Assembly (NCBI GenBank): GCA_965228855.1
Contig: CBDDIJ010000003.1
Coordinates: forward strand, 576,001-640,000
DNA length: 64,000 bases
Reading direction: 5' to 3'
Source of the DNA: Candidatus Obscuribacterales bacterium
GTDB lineage: Bacteria > Cyanobacteriota > Vampirovibrionia > Obscuribacterales > Obscuribacteraceae
The notes beneath the pieces were generated by a model. The model saw only the letters and a program-made list of their open reading frames with translations, was not told where the DNA came from and did no database searches. Position 1 is the stretch's first letter, and the number at the start of each line of letters is the position of its first letter. Both the position numbers and the translations under genes were made by a program. Below are positions 10,769 to 20,873 of this stretch, piece by piece.

Positions 10769-10978
10769 CTAGTCGCCAGCTCGTAAATCCGCTTGCGTTA
10801 GCATTTCATAATAGGTCGGATCATCATCCTGATAGATGCACACCATTTGACCCAGGTCGCTCGAATCACAGTTAGGGCACTTTATTCGAGAGCTAATCAG
10901 GCAAAAATTAGTGAAGCATTCCTGGCACTGGTACTCGATCTTTCGCTCGGTAGCTTGTGCGGGTTTCGTTACGAACAT
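10769..10978 (-). CDS. Small zinc-ribbon protein
   Basis: YQCQEC...KCPNCDSSDL (two CxxC pairs); GAGGTG RBS. Confidence 0.7.
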   Translation of the reverse strand: MFVTKPAQATERKIEYQCQECFTNFCLISSRIKCPNCDSSDLGQMVCIYQDDDPTYYEMLTQADLRAGD

Positions 10979-11351
10979 AGTTTGTCACCTCGTCCACAGC
11001 TGTTTGAATTTTCCAGTTTCCTTACTTTAGTTATGCCTCAATTTTCCGTAGTGGTATCGCATTTGGAACCAGTACGTTCACAAATGAACACGTTAGCATC
11101 TAAGTTGAGCTCAGAAACTTAGCCAGTTTCATCAGCCTTGCGCTATACCACAGAGTGTATTTCAGAGGTCTCACACTGGAGACGTTCTAATCTCAAACTT
11201 GAGTCGTGTCGGAGCTGCTTCAGCGCGCAGCAGAAACCATGATTGGCGCCAAACTGTCGCTTCATAAAACGTACTCTTATCAAGGAATAAGTGGACAAGG
11301 AAGTAGATCCAATCGTATCCTCTAAAGGACTTGCTTTATGGGTGGTAAGCA

Positions 11352-12776
11352 TTGAAGCGTCAGTGTGTCGCACTTGCATTCATACTCTGTCTCGGTCTGC
11401 TGTGTGAGGCGGTTCTTGCCACTTGTGCGAGCGCGAAAGCTCGACCTGAACTGCAGCTTCCGGGTGTCGAACGACTGCAGCGCCAGTCGCGAAGAGTTTC
11501 GTCACCGCGCGTATGCCGCAACACGCTTTTGGTGATGCCTTCGCTCGACGATGAGATTACAGATGCGGAAGAGGACCGAGGAATCACCGCGAAGGATACG
11601 CGGAGCGTGCGCTCTTCTTCAGCTCGTAAAACCGATGGCGACGAACGCTCGGCTGCAGCCGGTTCCTCCAGGTCAGATGATAATCCGGCGGAGACCGAGG
11701 AGGATCTATCGACTACCATACGCTCGATGGGCGGCAATGTGGTGGACACGATCGGCACAGGACGCATGACCACATGGGTAGTACGGTTTCCATCGACGGA
11801 ACGCTTTCTTCAAGCTGAGCGCAAACTGGTAAATGATTCTCGCGTGAAATCGCTGCAACGCGATTATTTGTACAGAAACAATCTGGCAAGCTCCAGTCCG
11901 GTCAATGACCCGTATTTCGCCTCCGAGTGGTATATGGACGCGCTGAATGTATTGCCCGCTTGGGATATCAGCAAGGGCGGAACCAATCTTGTCGGGATAG
12001 TAGATTCTGGAACAGACATCAACATCAGCGACCTGGCAGGGAAAAGCTACGCTGGTTTCGACGCCGTCGATAACAAGCAGACGCAAACTGACGTCGAAGG
12101 TCATGGCACCATGGTTGCTACGACGGCTGCTGCCACCGCTGACAATGGCGTCGGTACCGCCGGTCCTGCCACGCTGGCGCAAATTTATCCCGTGCGCGTC
12201 GGCTTCGCCAATGGAGATGTGTCTGTTTCGGCAATTTTGAAGGCTATTCAACAGTGCGGTGACACCAGCGTAAAAATTATCAATCTTAGCTCGAACGGAG
12301 ATCCGCCCTTTTCTTTCGCTCACAAAAAGTTCAATCGCGTTTTTCACCGGTACTGCCAGTGGTATCACGACGAGAAAGGCGGTCTGATTTTTAACTCTGC
12401 CGGCAACTCAGGAACGCAGGACAGCAGTCGCTTGCAACCATACTTGATTGTCGTCTCCGCGATTGACGAGTCGTATAATCTAGCCTATTTCTCAACCTGG
12501 GGAAAATGTGTATGGTTCACTGCACCCGGTACCAACATATATTGTTCTGAAAAGGGTGGTCGGGTTGTTTCCGTGTCGGGCACCTCGTTCAGCTCGCCAC
12601 TTTGTGCTTCTATCGCCGCGCTGATATGGGGGGCGAAGCCATCACTGACAAATCTGGAAGTTGAGCGCATTCTGAAAGCCTCATGTCAAAAGCCTAAAAA
12701 CCGCGAATGGACTCGCTATTTTGGATGGGGGATGCCTGATGCGGAAAAGGCGATGAAACTGACTCTGGGCAAATGA
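11352..12776 (+). CDS. Exported subtilisin-like serine protease (S8)
   Basis: Signal peptide and prodomain; triad IVDSG / GHGT / GTSFSSP; SAGN oxyanion residue. Confidence 0.93.
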   Translation: MKRQCVALAFILCLGLLCEAVLATCASAKARPELQLPGVERLQRQSRRVSSPRVCRNTLLVMPSLDDEITDAEEDRGITAKDTRSVRSSSARKTDGDERSAAAGSSRSDDNPAETEEDLSTTIRSMGGNVVDTIGTGRMTTWVVRFPSTERFLQAERKLVNDSRVKSLQRDYLYRNNLASSSPVNDPYFASEWYMDALNVLPAWDISKGGTNLVGIVDSGTDINISDLAGKSYAGFDAVDNKQTQTDVEGHGTMVATTAAATADNGVGTAGPATLAQIYPVRVGFANGDVSVSAILKAIQQCGDTSVKIINLSSNGDPPFSFAHKKFNRVFHRYCQWYHDEKGGLIFNSAGNSGTQDSSRLQPYLIVVSAIDESYNLAYFSTWGKCVWFTAPGTNIYCSEKGGRVVSVSGTSFSSPLCASIAALIWGAKPSLTNLEVERILKASCQKPKNREWTRYFGWGMPDAEKAMKLTLGK

Positions 12777-13148
12777 TAGAACTAATTAAACGCTTGTTAA
12801 TCCGCTTTCTCGAATGGCTGGTGTCTACTCGTCCGACGCCGCGCGGCTCCGCCTACGATCTGAACGATCTTGCGGGCTCGGGCGAAAACGACAAAAATGA
12901 GAATAATGATCGGCAGTTTCGCGAGAATGTCCCGCCACACGAAGACTGAGTATTTGTGCGCCTCTTGCTGGAAATCTTCCGTGAGTTCAGACAGAACTAA
13001 TGAATATGTGAGCCAATGTTTACTCCCGAAAGCCTGACGGTGTGGGGGTTTTGGGAATTATAAACGGATATGATGCACTCTTGACGTCCGGGTCAATATC
13101 AACGCTAAACTATTGCGTTGGCCTCAATAGTGCTGGTCTGAGTGGGTT

Positions 13149-14492
13149 ATGTCTAAGTCACACGCATCTCTCAAAGATTTTTTCAATGTGGAAAAGGGCG
13201 AGCGCCTGAAAACGTTCGGGCTGTTCAGCTGGCTCTTTCTGTTCATCTGCGTTTACTACGTGCTCCGTCCCATTCGGCGTGGTATGGTGCTAGACGGTCT
13301 CGGAAACGAGTATATGCCGTTCGTTTACATGGGCACCGCGCTCGTCACCGGCATTGTCGTTTGGATATATTCCAAGTTTGCTTATCTCCCTCGAAAGAAG
13401 CTCATCGGATCCATATACGGAATCTTCTTTGCCAACCTATTGATGTGGTGGCAGGCATTCCAGTTCGAGTCAAAGCTGACATCAGGATTGTTCTGGATCT
13501 GGCTTGACGTCTTTTCGATAATGGGCGTAACACTTTTCTGGATGTACGCCAACGACCTGTTCAATAGTTCGAGCGCAAAGCGTTTATTCGGAATCATTGC
13601 TGCCGGAGGTGGACTGGGAGCGGTTCTTGGTAGTACATTAACGGCCACGCTCGTTCATTCTCTTGGTGCCACCAACATGCTTCTGGTGGCCGCCGGTCTG
13701 GTTGCGGCCACGCTCGGCATATTTTTATTCATCGAAAAAAACAACGATCAGGCAGAACCTGTGAGGCGAGTTCCGTCTCGCGAATTCGAGAAAGAAAAGG
13801 TTTCCGGTCTGGGCAAAGCTTTCCAGGTTCTCTTCAGTAGCCGGTTGCTGGTTCTGCTCACTCTTGTTGTTTGCTTCGAGCGGATCACGCCCGACTTGAT
13901 TCAATTCATCTATCACGAAGTGCTTCACAACATGGCAAGCGGAGCAAACGCCATCGCGGCTCTGGATGCCAATCTCGAAAGATGGCGCGCAATCTGCGAG
14001 TTTGTAATCGAGCTGTTTTGTGTCGGAATCGTTCTCAAACGGGTTGGCTCCGCACCATGCTTAGCCTCATCAGGAGTGGCTATTGCAGGTAGCTTGTTGA
14101 CCTTTGCCGTCTTCGCTAATCCGATGATAATTATCGCCATCTTCCATGTTGATGAAGCCTTGAGGCACTCATGGTTTAAAGCGGCAAAAGAGCTCACATA
14201 CACCGTCACCAGCCGCGATGTGCTCTACTCGATTAAACCTATCATCGAGATGTTCTGCTATCGATTCTCCCGCGGCTTCGCAGGCGTTCTCATTCTCCTG
14301 GTTAACTCAGTCTTTGGACTGGGAACTCCCGGGATAGTTGGAATGGGCATCATCAGCGCATCTATATGGGTTGTGGTCGCTCTCAAGTTAAACGCTGAGT
14401 TTAAACGCCTGGAATTGGAAGCGCTCTTCAAGAAAGATGCAGAGGGTGGCGATGCCGCTGAAAAGAGCGAGAAGGAACTCGTTCCCGCCTAA
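13149..14492 (+). CDS. NTT/AAA (ATP:ADP antiporter-like) MFS transporter
   Basis: About 12 hydrophobic segments; YYVLRPIRR, FWMYANDLF...AKRLFGIIAAGGGLGAVLG, KAAKELTY...K.IIE.F.YRF motifs typical of TLC/NTT-like proteins. Confidence 0.8.
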   Translation: MSKSHASLKDFFNVEKGERLKTFGLFSWLFLFICVYYVLRPIRRGMVLDGLGNEYMPFVYMGTALVTGIVVWIYSKFAYLPRKKLIGSIYGIFFANLLMWWQAFQFESKLTSGLFWIWLDVFSIMGVTLFWMYANDLFNSSSAKRLFGIIAAGGGLGAVLGSTLTATLVHSLGATNMLLVAAGLVAATLGIFLFIEKNNDQAEPVRRVPSREFEKEKVSGLGKAFQVLFSSRLLVLLTLVVCFERITPDLIQFIYHEVLHNMASGANAIAALDANLERWRAICEFVIELFCVGIVLKRVGSAPCLASSGVAIAGSLLTFAVFANPMIIIAIFHVDEALRHSWFKAAKELTYTVTSRDVLYSIKPIIEMFCYRFSRGFAGVLILLVNSVFGLGTPGIVGMGIISASIWVVVALKLNAEFKRLELEALFKKDAEGGDAAEKSEKELVPA

Positions 14493-14497
14493 ATCTC

Positions 14498-16210
14498 TCA
14501 ACTAGCTTTGCCTGCTTTCGTCGTCACTTGAAACGTCGGACGTTGGTAGCTCTCGCCTCGATAAGATTCCGGAATCGAGGTGTCGTTGCCGTCGCGCAGG
14601 TTCATATACTGAGGAGACATAATCTCGACCATGGCCTCGTTGAATTTGTCTTGAATTTTTGCGTGCAGGCGCGAGTAAACCTGTGGCATCTCGTTGGCCC
14701 GGTCCGTGTATGCATTGACTTGATAGCTCACGTAATAATCGTCGAGAGAGGTTTGCAACATAAAAGGCGGTGGGGTTTGAAGGATGCCGGGCGTCTCCAG
14801 TGCTGCCGACACCAGCAGTTTTTCGATCTTCTCATATGGCTCATCGTATCCGATGGTGACCGTCGTGTGGAGAATGAGTTGCCCGAGCACGCCCATTGTC
14901 GAGTAATTGATAACGTTGCTGTTCAGAATTTGTCCATTTGGAACCGATACGACTTCATTTTTTACAGTGCGGATCTTAGTCACGAACAGATTCTTTTGCA
15001 CGACATCGCCGGTGCATTCACCGATCATGATTCGATCACCGATCTTGAAAGCGTTCGTATATGTGAGTACCGCTCCGGCCATCACGTTGCTGACCACGCC
15101 ACTGGAGCCTAAGCTGACCAGAACGCCGAGCACCAGACCTACCTGTTTGAAAGCCGGTGATTCCCAACCTGGTAGGTAAGGAAGTGCCACCATGAGGGCG
15201 AATGCGATGATGATGAAGCGCGCCAGTTTATAACTCGGCTCAGCCCAGTCAGGGTCGAAATCGGCGAAGTGAATCGTGCGATCTCTTATCGCGTCGAAAA
15301 AGAATCGCGCAAATGAAATAACCGCGTATGTGGTCAGTGAGATCATCACTAAAGTGAACAGCGATGGCAAGTACTCCAGTGTCGCGTCAACGGCAACAAC
15401 AATTGGAGCCATTGCATTTGCTGCCAGCGCGGATGAGATACTCCTGGTCCGGGGAAAGAAGTTCAGGACCTGCAGGACGTATACGGCAGTGACTAGCAAG
15501 ACCAAAGCGATCTGAGAAAATTTCACCGACGACAAAAGAATGTCCACCAAAACATTCGCGCCGATCAGTTCGGCCTGCTGAATTTTGATTGCTTTGATCC
15601 TGGTGCCGCGCCAGCTCTCAAGTTTTCCGCAAGCGCCTATGGCGATTTTACTGCTCAGGGCTATGGTCGTTATAAGCATAACGGTTGCTAAAACCGATAG
15701 ACCGATTCCCGCGGCAAGATCACTTGCAGTGGTTTCCTCTATTCTCTGAGCAAGAGCAACTCGAATTTTTGAGGCGAAGTCTTGGGCCATCTTATAAGTG
15801 GACGATTGCGCAATACGCGCGTCCTCCGTGGTCACCGTTGCGATCCTGATGCCACCATATAAGAGGTCCGTTCCGGTTGGTGTTTCTGTTGTGACCACCT
15901 TGCTTGGATTGAAATCCAGACCATCGGCGATTTGGCGCAGGACTTGCCCTGTACGCTCAGCGCGTTCCGTCGGGGTTAAACCATCTACGACCGCGTAAAA
16001 AACGAACAACCGTTTGCCCTTGATCACGACCGCTGCGCTTGGTGCGCTTTGCCCTCGAATCGGCTCAGTTTCTCCCAGCTGCTGCTGGACAGTCTCGGCT
16101 TCGATTTTTTGCGGAGAAGTGTCTTGCTTGACTTGCGCGCTAACCTCAGAAAAAATCAGCGAGCAAAATGTGGCTGCTACGAACAGCATCAAAATCGCGA
16201 AACGTCTCAT
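14498..16210 (-). CDS. MscS-family mechanosensitive channel with periplasmic N-terminal domain
   Basis: NVMAG.VL.Y..AFKIGDRI.IG...GDV, VSVPNG.IL...VINYS, IQDKFNEA.VEIMSP. Confidence 0.92.
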   Translation of the reverse strand: MRRFAILMLFVAATFCSLIFSEVSAQVKQDTSPQKIEAETVQQQLGETEPIRGQSAPSAAVVIKGKRLFVFYAVVDGLTPTERAERTGQVLRQIADGLDFNPSKVVTTETPTGTDLLYGGIRIATVTTEDARIAQSSTYKMAQDFASKIRVALAQRIEETTASDLAAGIGLSVLATVMLITTIALSSKIAIGACGKLESWRGTRIKAIKIQQAELIGANVLVDILLSSVKFSQIALVLLVTAVYVLQVLNFFPRTRSISSALAANAMAPIVVAVDATLEYLPSLFTLVMISLTTYAVISFARFFFDAIRDRTIHFADFDPDWAEPSYKLARFIIIAFALMVALPYLPGWESPAFKQVGLVLGVLVSLGSSGVVSNVMAGAVLTYTNAFKIGDRIMIGECTGDVVQKNLFVTKIRTVKNEVVSVPNGQILNSNVINYSTMGVLGQLILHTTVTIGYDEPYEKIEKLLVSAALETPGILQTPPPFMLQTSLDDYYVSYQVNAYTDRANEMPQVYSRLHAKIQDKFNEAMVEIMSPQYMNLRDGNDTSIPESYRGESYQRPTFQVTTKAGKAS

Positions 16211-16318
16211 GGCTTTGTTCTCCCTGAAGCGCCGGGTGTCAGGCGCAATCATTCAACGGCAGAGCAAACCAGCGATGATCTTCTGCAGTTGGTAAAAACG
16301 ATAACATCTTGGAATCGT

Positions 16319-16864
16319 CTATTCGCCGGTTTGTTTGGCGGATTCGCTCTTCTCTGCTCCGGTCGTTGGCTCCGCCGATGTAGTAGTTTCTTCGGGGGCG
16401 GGTTTATCTGAATCTTCGAACCAGAATCGATAACGCGGAAAACCTCTGCTGTTCTCCCCCGTGCGCTCGAGATAGCCTCGCGGACCATCCGCTTTGGCTG
16501 AGTGGAAGCGATACTTGTCTTTGCCGATCGGCTCTACGGTCACGGCGCATTCGCCGTCCGGTTTCCAACCCTTCCAGTGTTTAACGATCGATGGCTTTAA
16601 TTTGAAGTTCGTATACCCTTTCTTCGGAATCTCCCAGCGCCACTCTTTCTTCAAGGGTGGAACTCGGTAGAAGGAATACAGCACCATGTCGTCGTTGCTG
16701 AATACACTTCCCTGAATCCACGATGGTTTGATCGGGGCTTTATCTGATTCGTTGAATACATCAAGGCTTACTCCGCCCTCGATGGTTTTGGCTGGCGCCG
16801 CATGTGACAAACACACGGATGCGACTAGTGACAGCGCTACAGCGTTCAGTCTCTGCGTTTTCAT
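16319..16864 (-). CDS. Exported hypothetical protein
   Basis: 181-aa ORF with a signal peptide. Confidence 0.7.
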   Translation of the reverse strand: MKTQRLNAVALSLVASVCLSHAAPAKTIEGGVSLDVFNESDKAPIKPSWIQGSVFSNDDMVLYSFYRVPPLKKEWRWEIPKKGYTNFKLKPSIVKHWKGWKPDGECAVTVEPIGKDKYRFHSAKADGPRGYLERTGENSRGFPRYRFWFEDSDKPAPEETTTSAEPTTGAEKSESAKQTGE

Positions 16865-16910
16865 GTACCTGATCCCGACGGGAAATATCGACAGCTTATC
16901 CTAGCAAGAT

Positions 16911-18050
16911 TTACTTGGCCGCGCCCGCTGCGACCGTTTTACCTGCTGGTCGGCAATCGACCATCGTTTCTTCAATCAAATGGTCGACGACCTTCTTGAA
17001 GTCTTTGGTTTCCTGATACAGCTTGAGCTGGCGGTCGGCGCTTGTTCCTGTTTCCAAAATGGTGAACAAGTGTTTGACCGTTTCACGGCTGCCCAGATCA
17101 TCGAGCACGTCGTCAACAAACTCGGCCAGTTCGGCAATGAGTTCCTTGACCGGGACCTCTTCTTGCTTTCCGAAATCGATGAGCTTACCGTCTATGCCGT
17201 AGCGAAGGGCGCGCCATTTGTTTTCCTGCAACAATGCGCGGCGATAGAGGCGGAAACCAAGGTTTTGCTTGATGAGCTTATAGAGCTTCGCAACGATGGC
17301 TTGAATCAATGCCGCAATCGCAATCGAATCTTCCGCTCTGGTCGGAATATCGCAAATGCGAAATTCGAGGGTGGGGTAAACAGGATGGAGTCTGAGATCC
17401 CACCAGATTTTCTTGCCGTCGTCGATGCAATTCGTTTTAATCAGCAGCTTGAGGAAGTTGTCGTACTCGCTGTAGGAGCTGAAGTAATCAGGCAATTCAG
17501 TGCGTGGATAGCGTTTGAAAATCTCACAGCGATAAGATTTTAAACCGGTATCAATGCCGCGCCAGAATGGCGAGCTGGTCGAGAGCGTGAGTAGGTGCGG
17601 CAAGAAATAGCGAGCAGCGTTTGAAATGTGAATCGCCATTTCCTTATCTTCCATGGCGACGTGCACGTGCATGCCGAATATGAGCAGGCTGCGTGATAGA
17701 ACTTGCATGTCCTCGACGAGCTTTACATAACGCTCGTGCTCCGAGATCTTCTGGTCTGCCCAGTGACCGAATGGGTGTGTCGAGGCTGCTGCGATGCGCA
17801 GGCCTTTTTCGCGAGCCACGCCGTCCATAACCGATCGGAGATGATAAAGGTCTTTCCGAGCTTCGTGCACGTCGGCGCAAATGTTAGTGCCGACTTCGAT
17901 CATGCACTGGTGCATTTCCGCTTTGACTTGTTCGCCCAGCTCTTTTTTAGCCGGCTCGTAAATGTCTTCGGCCCGCGAGACCAGGTCACGGGTTTCCGGA
18001 TCGATTATTTGATACTCTTCTTCGATTCCAATTGTGAATTTCTGACTCAT
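16911..18050 (-). CDS. Carboxylate-amine ligase, GCS2/YbdK family (glutamate--cysteine ligase-like)
   Basis: FTIGIEEEYQIIDP, IFGMHVHV, SSPFW.G.DTGL.SYR, WWDLR.HP..PTLEFRICD, ENKWRA.RYG; GGAGGT RBS before ATG 18050. Confidence 0.95.
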   Translation of the reverse strand: MSQKFTIGIEEEYQIIDPETRDLVSRAEDIYEPAKKELGEQVKAEMHQCMIEVGTNICADVHEARKDLYHLRSVMDGVAREKGLRIAAASTHPFGHWADQKISEHERYVKLVEDMQVLSRSLLIFGMHVHVAMEDKEMAIHISNAARYFLPHLLTLSTSSPFWRGIDTGLKSYRCEIFKRYPRTELPDYFSSYSEYDNFLKLLIKTNCIDDGKKIWWDLRLHPVYPTLEFRICDIPTRAEDSIAIAALIQAIVAKLYKLIKQNLGFRLYRRALLQENKWRALRYGIDGKLIDFGKQEEVPVKELIAELAEFVDDVLDDLGSRETVKHLFTILETGTSADRQLKLYQETKDFKKVVDHLIEETMVDCRPAGKTVAAGAAK

Positions 18051-18071
18051 GGAATGCGACCTCCCCAAGGT

Positions 18072-19430
18072 CTAATTTTTGCCTTCGACAACGAACACCG
18101 GTACCATGCCACCGCCGGCAGTGACATTGGCTAGAGCGGAACCGGACAACCTTGTGAAGGCACTGCCCACTTTTCCGTCGTAGAGAAGCGGATCGAGGTC
18201 GATCAACTGTTCGATGAAAGCGACTTCGCCGTTATCTTTGATGTGTGGGAATACCTGACGCGAGGTTTTTACACGCTCTTGCACAAGGTAGTCTCCCTGG
18301 AGGGCGATGTTTATCGCATCGTCCCATTCGGACTCGCTCGACTCCCAACCGATGAATATGCCTTTGCCGCCATAATCATCGTTGGGTTTCAAAACGAGAT
18401 GATCTTTGTAGTCTCTCGTGAATTTGAGCAGGTCGACTTTTTTGCCGTTGTGCTCAGTGCTGCGTTCTTCAACGCGGCGAGTCCAGGGTACGTGTTTCAG
18501 AATGAGCTCGTGTTCCCTGGTGGTGAAGTATTCGATGAAGCGTTCGTCAGTGAGTATGCCGAACAAAAGTTTCTTATGGATGAGCTTGCCGCGGAACGAG
18601 TTGACCATGCAGATTGCCTGGTCTTCGTATGCTTTGAGCAAATTGCCGCACTCGTCTTTCTTCTCCAGAAATTCGTTAACGAGCACTCGTTTATAAACCA
18701 GATCGATGTCGAAGCCGTCCTTGCAGAGCCGACCTTTGCTGTATTCCAATTCGCGTGGATCGGCGATGATGGTTTTATATCCTTCGCGTTCAAAATACTC
18801 TTGCACCAACTCAAACTCTCGCTGAGTGGGAAGTCCCTTATAGTCGACGATAGCAATTTGGGGGCGTTTGCCGTTACCGGAGTATTCGCTGTAGGCCGAT
18901 AGCAATACTTCGAGCAAATGCTTCTGTCCGTAGAGGCGCGATACCTTAAACTTCTCCTGGAACCTTTTCATCACTTCCAGCGATAGAAATATTTCTGATG
19001 CGACGTCACTGTAAGCGACACCCGCCGGAGTCTCGGCATTCAACTCCACGAAGGAGAGGGCGTCATCGGTGAGAAAGGAGTCGAAACGTGACAGGCGGGA
19101 AACGCCTTTAAACTTCGGATCGGTTTTAATTAGTTGCCGTTCGTCATCAGTCAAACCGAGATAGTCCTGCAGCTTGTCATCACCGATTGCGAGGTCGCCA
19201 ACTTTGAGAACCGCTCCCCAGATCTCTTCGCAGACCGACGTGACTCTGTCCCAGTCCTGCCGAGCGATGAAGTGCGGACGCAGATAGGGACTCAACATCC
19301 GTCCGCCGAAGATAAAGCGCACGTCGTTCAACTGCTTCCAGACGTCATCTTTGGTGCGAGCCAGAAGCTCGGGGGATGCCGAGAGGAGCTCGTTGTAATG
19401 ACTAATGGCGTCTCTTTCGAGTTCGTGCAT
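18072..19430 (-). CDS. Circularly permuted ATP-grasp ligase (glutathionylspermidine-synthase-like, CP_ATPgrasp)
   Basis: RFD....FVELNAETPAG near the N-terminus; VLKPNDDYGGKGIFIG, YLVQE and NVTAGGG near the C-terminus, i.e. the permuted order. Confidence 0.85.
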   Translation of the reverse strand: MHELERDAISHYNELLSASPELLARTKDDVWKQLNDVRFIFGGRMLSPYLRPHFIARQDWDRVTSVCEEIWGAVLKVGDLAIGDDKLQDYLGLTDDERQLIKTDPKFKGVSRLSRFDSFLTDDALSFVELNAETPAGVAYSDVASEIFLSLEVMKRFQEKFKVSRLYGQKHLLEVLLSAYSEYSGNGKRPQIAIVDYKGLPTQREFELVQEYFEREGYKTIIADPRELEYSKGRLCKDGFDIDLVYKRVLVNEFLEKKDECGNLLKAYEDQAICMVNSFRGKLIHKKLLFGILTDERFIEYFTTREHELILKHVPWTRRVEERSTEHNGKKVDLLKFTRDYKDHLVLKPNDDYGGKGIFIGWESSESEWDDAINIALQGDYLVQERVKTSRQVFPHIKDNGEVAFIEQLIDLDPLLYDGKVGSAFTRLSGSALANVTAGGGMVPVFVVEGKN

Positions 19431-19694
19431 TGGTGGCGTTTCCGTTGGGCGAGGGAGTGCCGTATCAGTTTTTGAGCGAATTTTCGAGAATATTATCGGA
19501 GAGGTCGGTTCTTGAGAAGTCACGTTCGGGAGAGGCAAATCGAACGGTAATTCTCTAGCTTTGTTTCTTTGAGAAGATTAGCCTATTTCGGCTGAGTCAG
19601 GAGCCGATTTTTAGTTTCATTGCGGGCTGTTTTTCGAGAAAAAAACAGGCGGCTCACTGGCAAACACCATGAGCCGCCTGTTCTCGATGTCATT

Positions 19695-20642
19695 CTATTT
19701 TGCAGCAACAAGTTTCGGGTTAAGAAACTCATTCCATCGCAAATCTTGCGAGCCTTTCTTTTTGCCCTTCGCGTAATCGGCGCAGAGTTCAGCCATGTGC
19801 TCGATGAGCCAGCGCTGATTCTCTTCGCCAACCGAGTGAGCATCAGCATCCGGAGCGGGATTGGTGAAGTCGATTGCGTACGGAATGCCGTCGCGAATCG
19901 CAAATTCAGCAGTATTCATGTCGTAGCCCAGCGCTTCGTTGAGCTTGATGCAATCTTCGATGATGCGTTTCTCGAGTTTGGGCTCGAGGTAGCCTTTATC
20001 GAGGAAATACTGACCTTGCAAGTATGGCTTGGTCGGGTCGTAAGGCATGATGAGCACGTTCTTTCTGCCAATCGTGTAGCAGCGAACGTAGCGGTCGAAG
20101 TTGATGAATTCCTGCAACATCATGCAGATGGTGCCGGTTCTGTCATAGTAGAAGAGCAACTCTTCGAGTGAGTTGACCTTGTAAACATTCTTCCAGCCGC
20201 CGCCATCGAAAGGTTTCATGATTGCCGGCAATCCGGTGTACTCGATAATCGAATTCCAATCGAGCGGGAATTCCAGGTTGCGGAGCGACTCTCCCGAGAT
20301 TGCAGGAATATAGTCGCGCTGCGGCAACAAGATTGTTTTTGGAATCGCGATTCCGAGGCGCTCGAGCAGCGCGGTTCCGAAGAATTTGTCGTCCGCCGAC
20401 CACCAGAACGGATTATTGATGATCGTAGTGCCCGATAAAGCCGCCGTCTTCAAGAAGCTGCGATAGAACGGGATTTCGTGGGAGATGCGGTCGATGATCA
20501 CGCTGTATTTGCAAAGCTCGTCAGCTTTGAATCCGCCTACCTTGAGCATCTCCGCTTCGATACCGAGTTTGGAGCTGTTGACATATTTGATAAATTCTTC
20601 GGGGAACGAACTTTCACGTCCCACCAAAAGCCCTACTTTCAT
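19695..20642 (-). CDS. ATP-grasp ligase (RimK/glutathione synthase-like)
   Basis: IIDRISH, NNPFWWSADDKF, MKPFDGGGWKNVY, LQEFI, EFA....PYAIDFTNPAPD. Confidence 0.88.
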   Translation of the reverse strand: MKVGLLVGRESSFPEEFIKYVNSSKLGIEAEMLKVGGFKADELCKYSVIIDRISHEIPFYRSFLKTAALSGTTIINNPFWWSADDKFFGTALLERLGIAIPKTILLPQRDYIPAISGESLRNLEFPLDWNSIIEYTGLPAIMKPFDGGGWKNVYKVNSLEELLFYYDRTGTICMMLQEFINFDRYVRCYTIGRKNVLIMPYDPTKPYLQGQYFLDKGYLEPKLEKRIIEDCIKLNEALGYDMNTAEFAIRDGIPYAIDFTNPAPDADAHSVGEENQRWLIEHMAELCADYAKGKKKGSQDLRWNEFLNPKLVAAK

Positions 20643-20873
20643 GCTTCTGGACCCATTTGAGTGTGTGTGACTTGACGCCTGGAAAATCTTACTATCAATT
20701 CATTTTGAAAGATCATTGATGCGGGCTGGGGACAGCAAATACTATGATTTTTTTAGATTTTGAGCGCTAAGAGACAGCGCTCGATCTGTGTTTGAGACCG
20801 AACGCCGAAAGCTTTCATGTTTCACTGAACCGCCGCCCCTGATGCGATGACCGGCTAGTCATGCGGTTTTCAA

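Noticed and set aside
12797..13000. Minus-strand open frame with a hydrophobic stretch (possible gene remnant)
   Set aside because: No ATG or RBS and no recognisable family; support is too weak.
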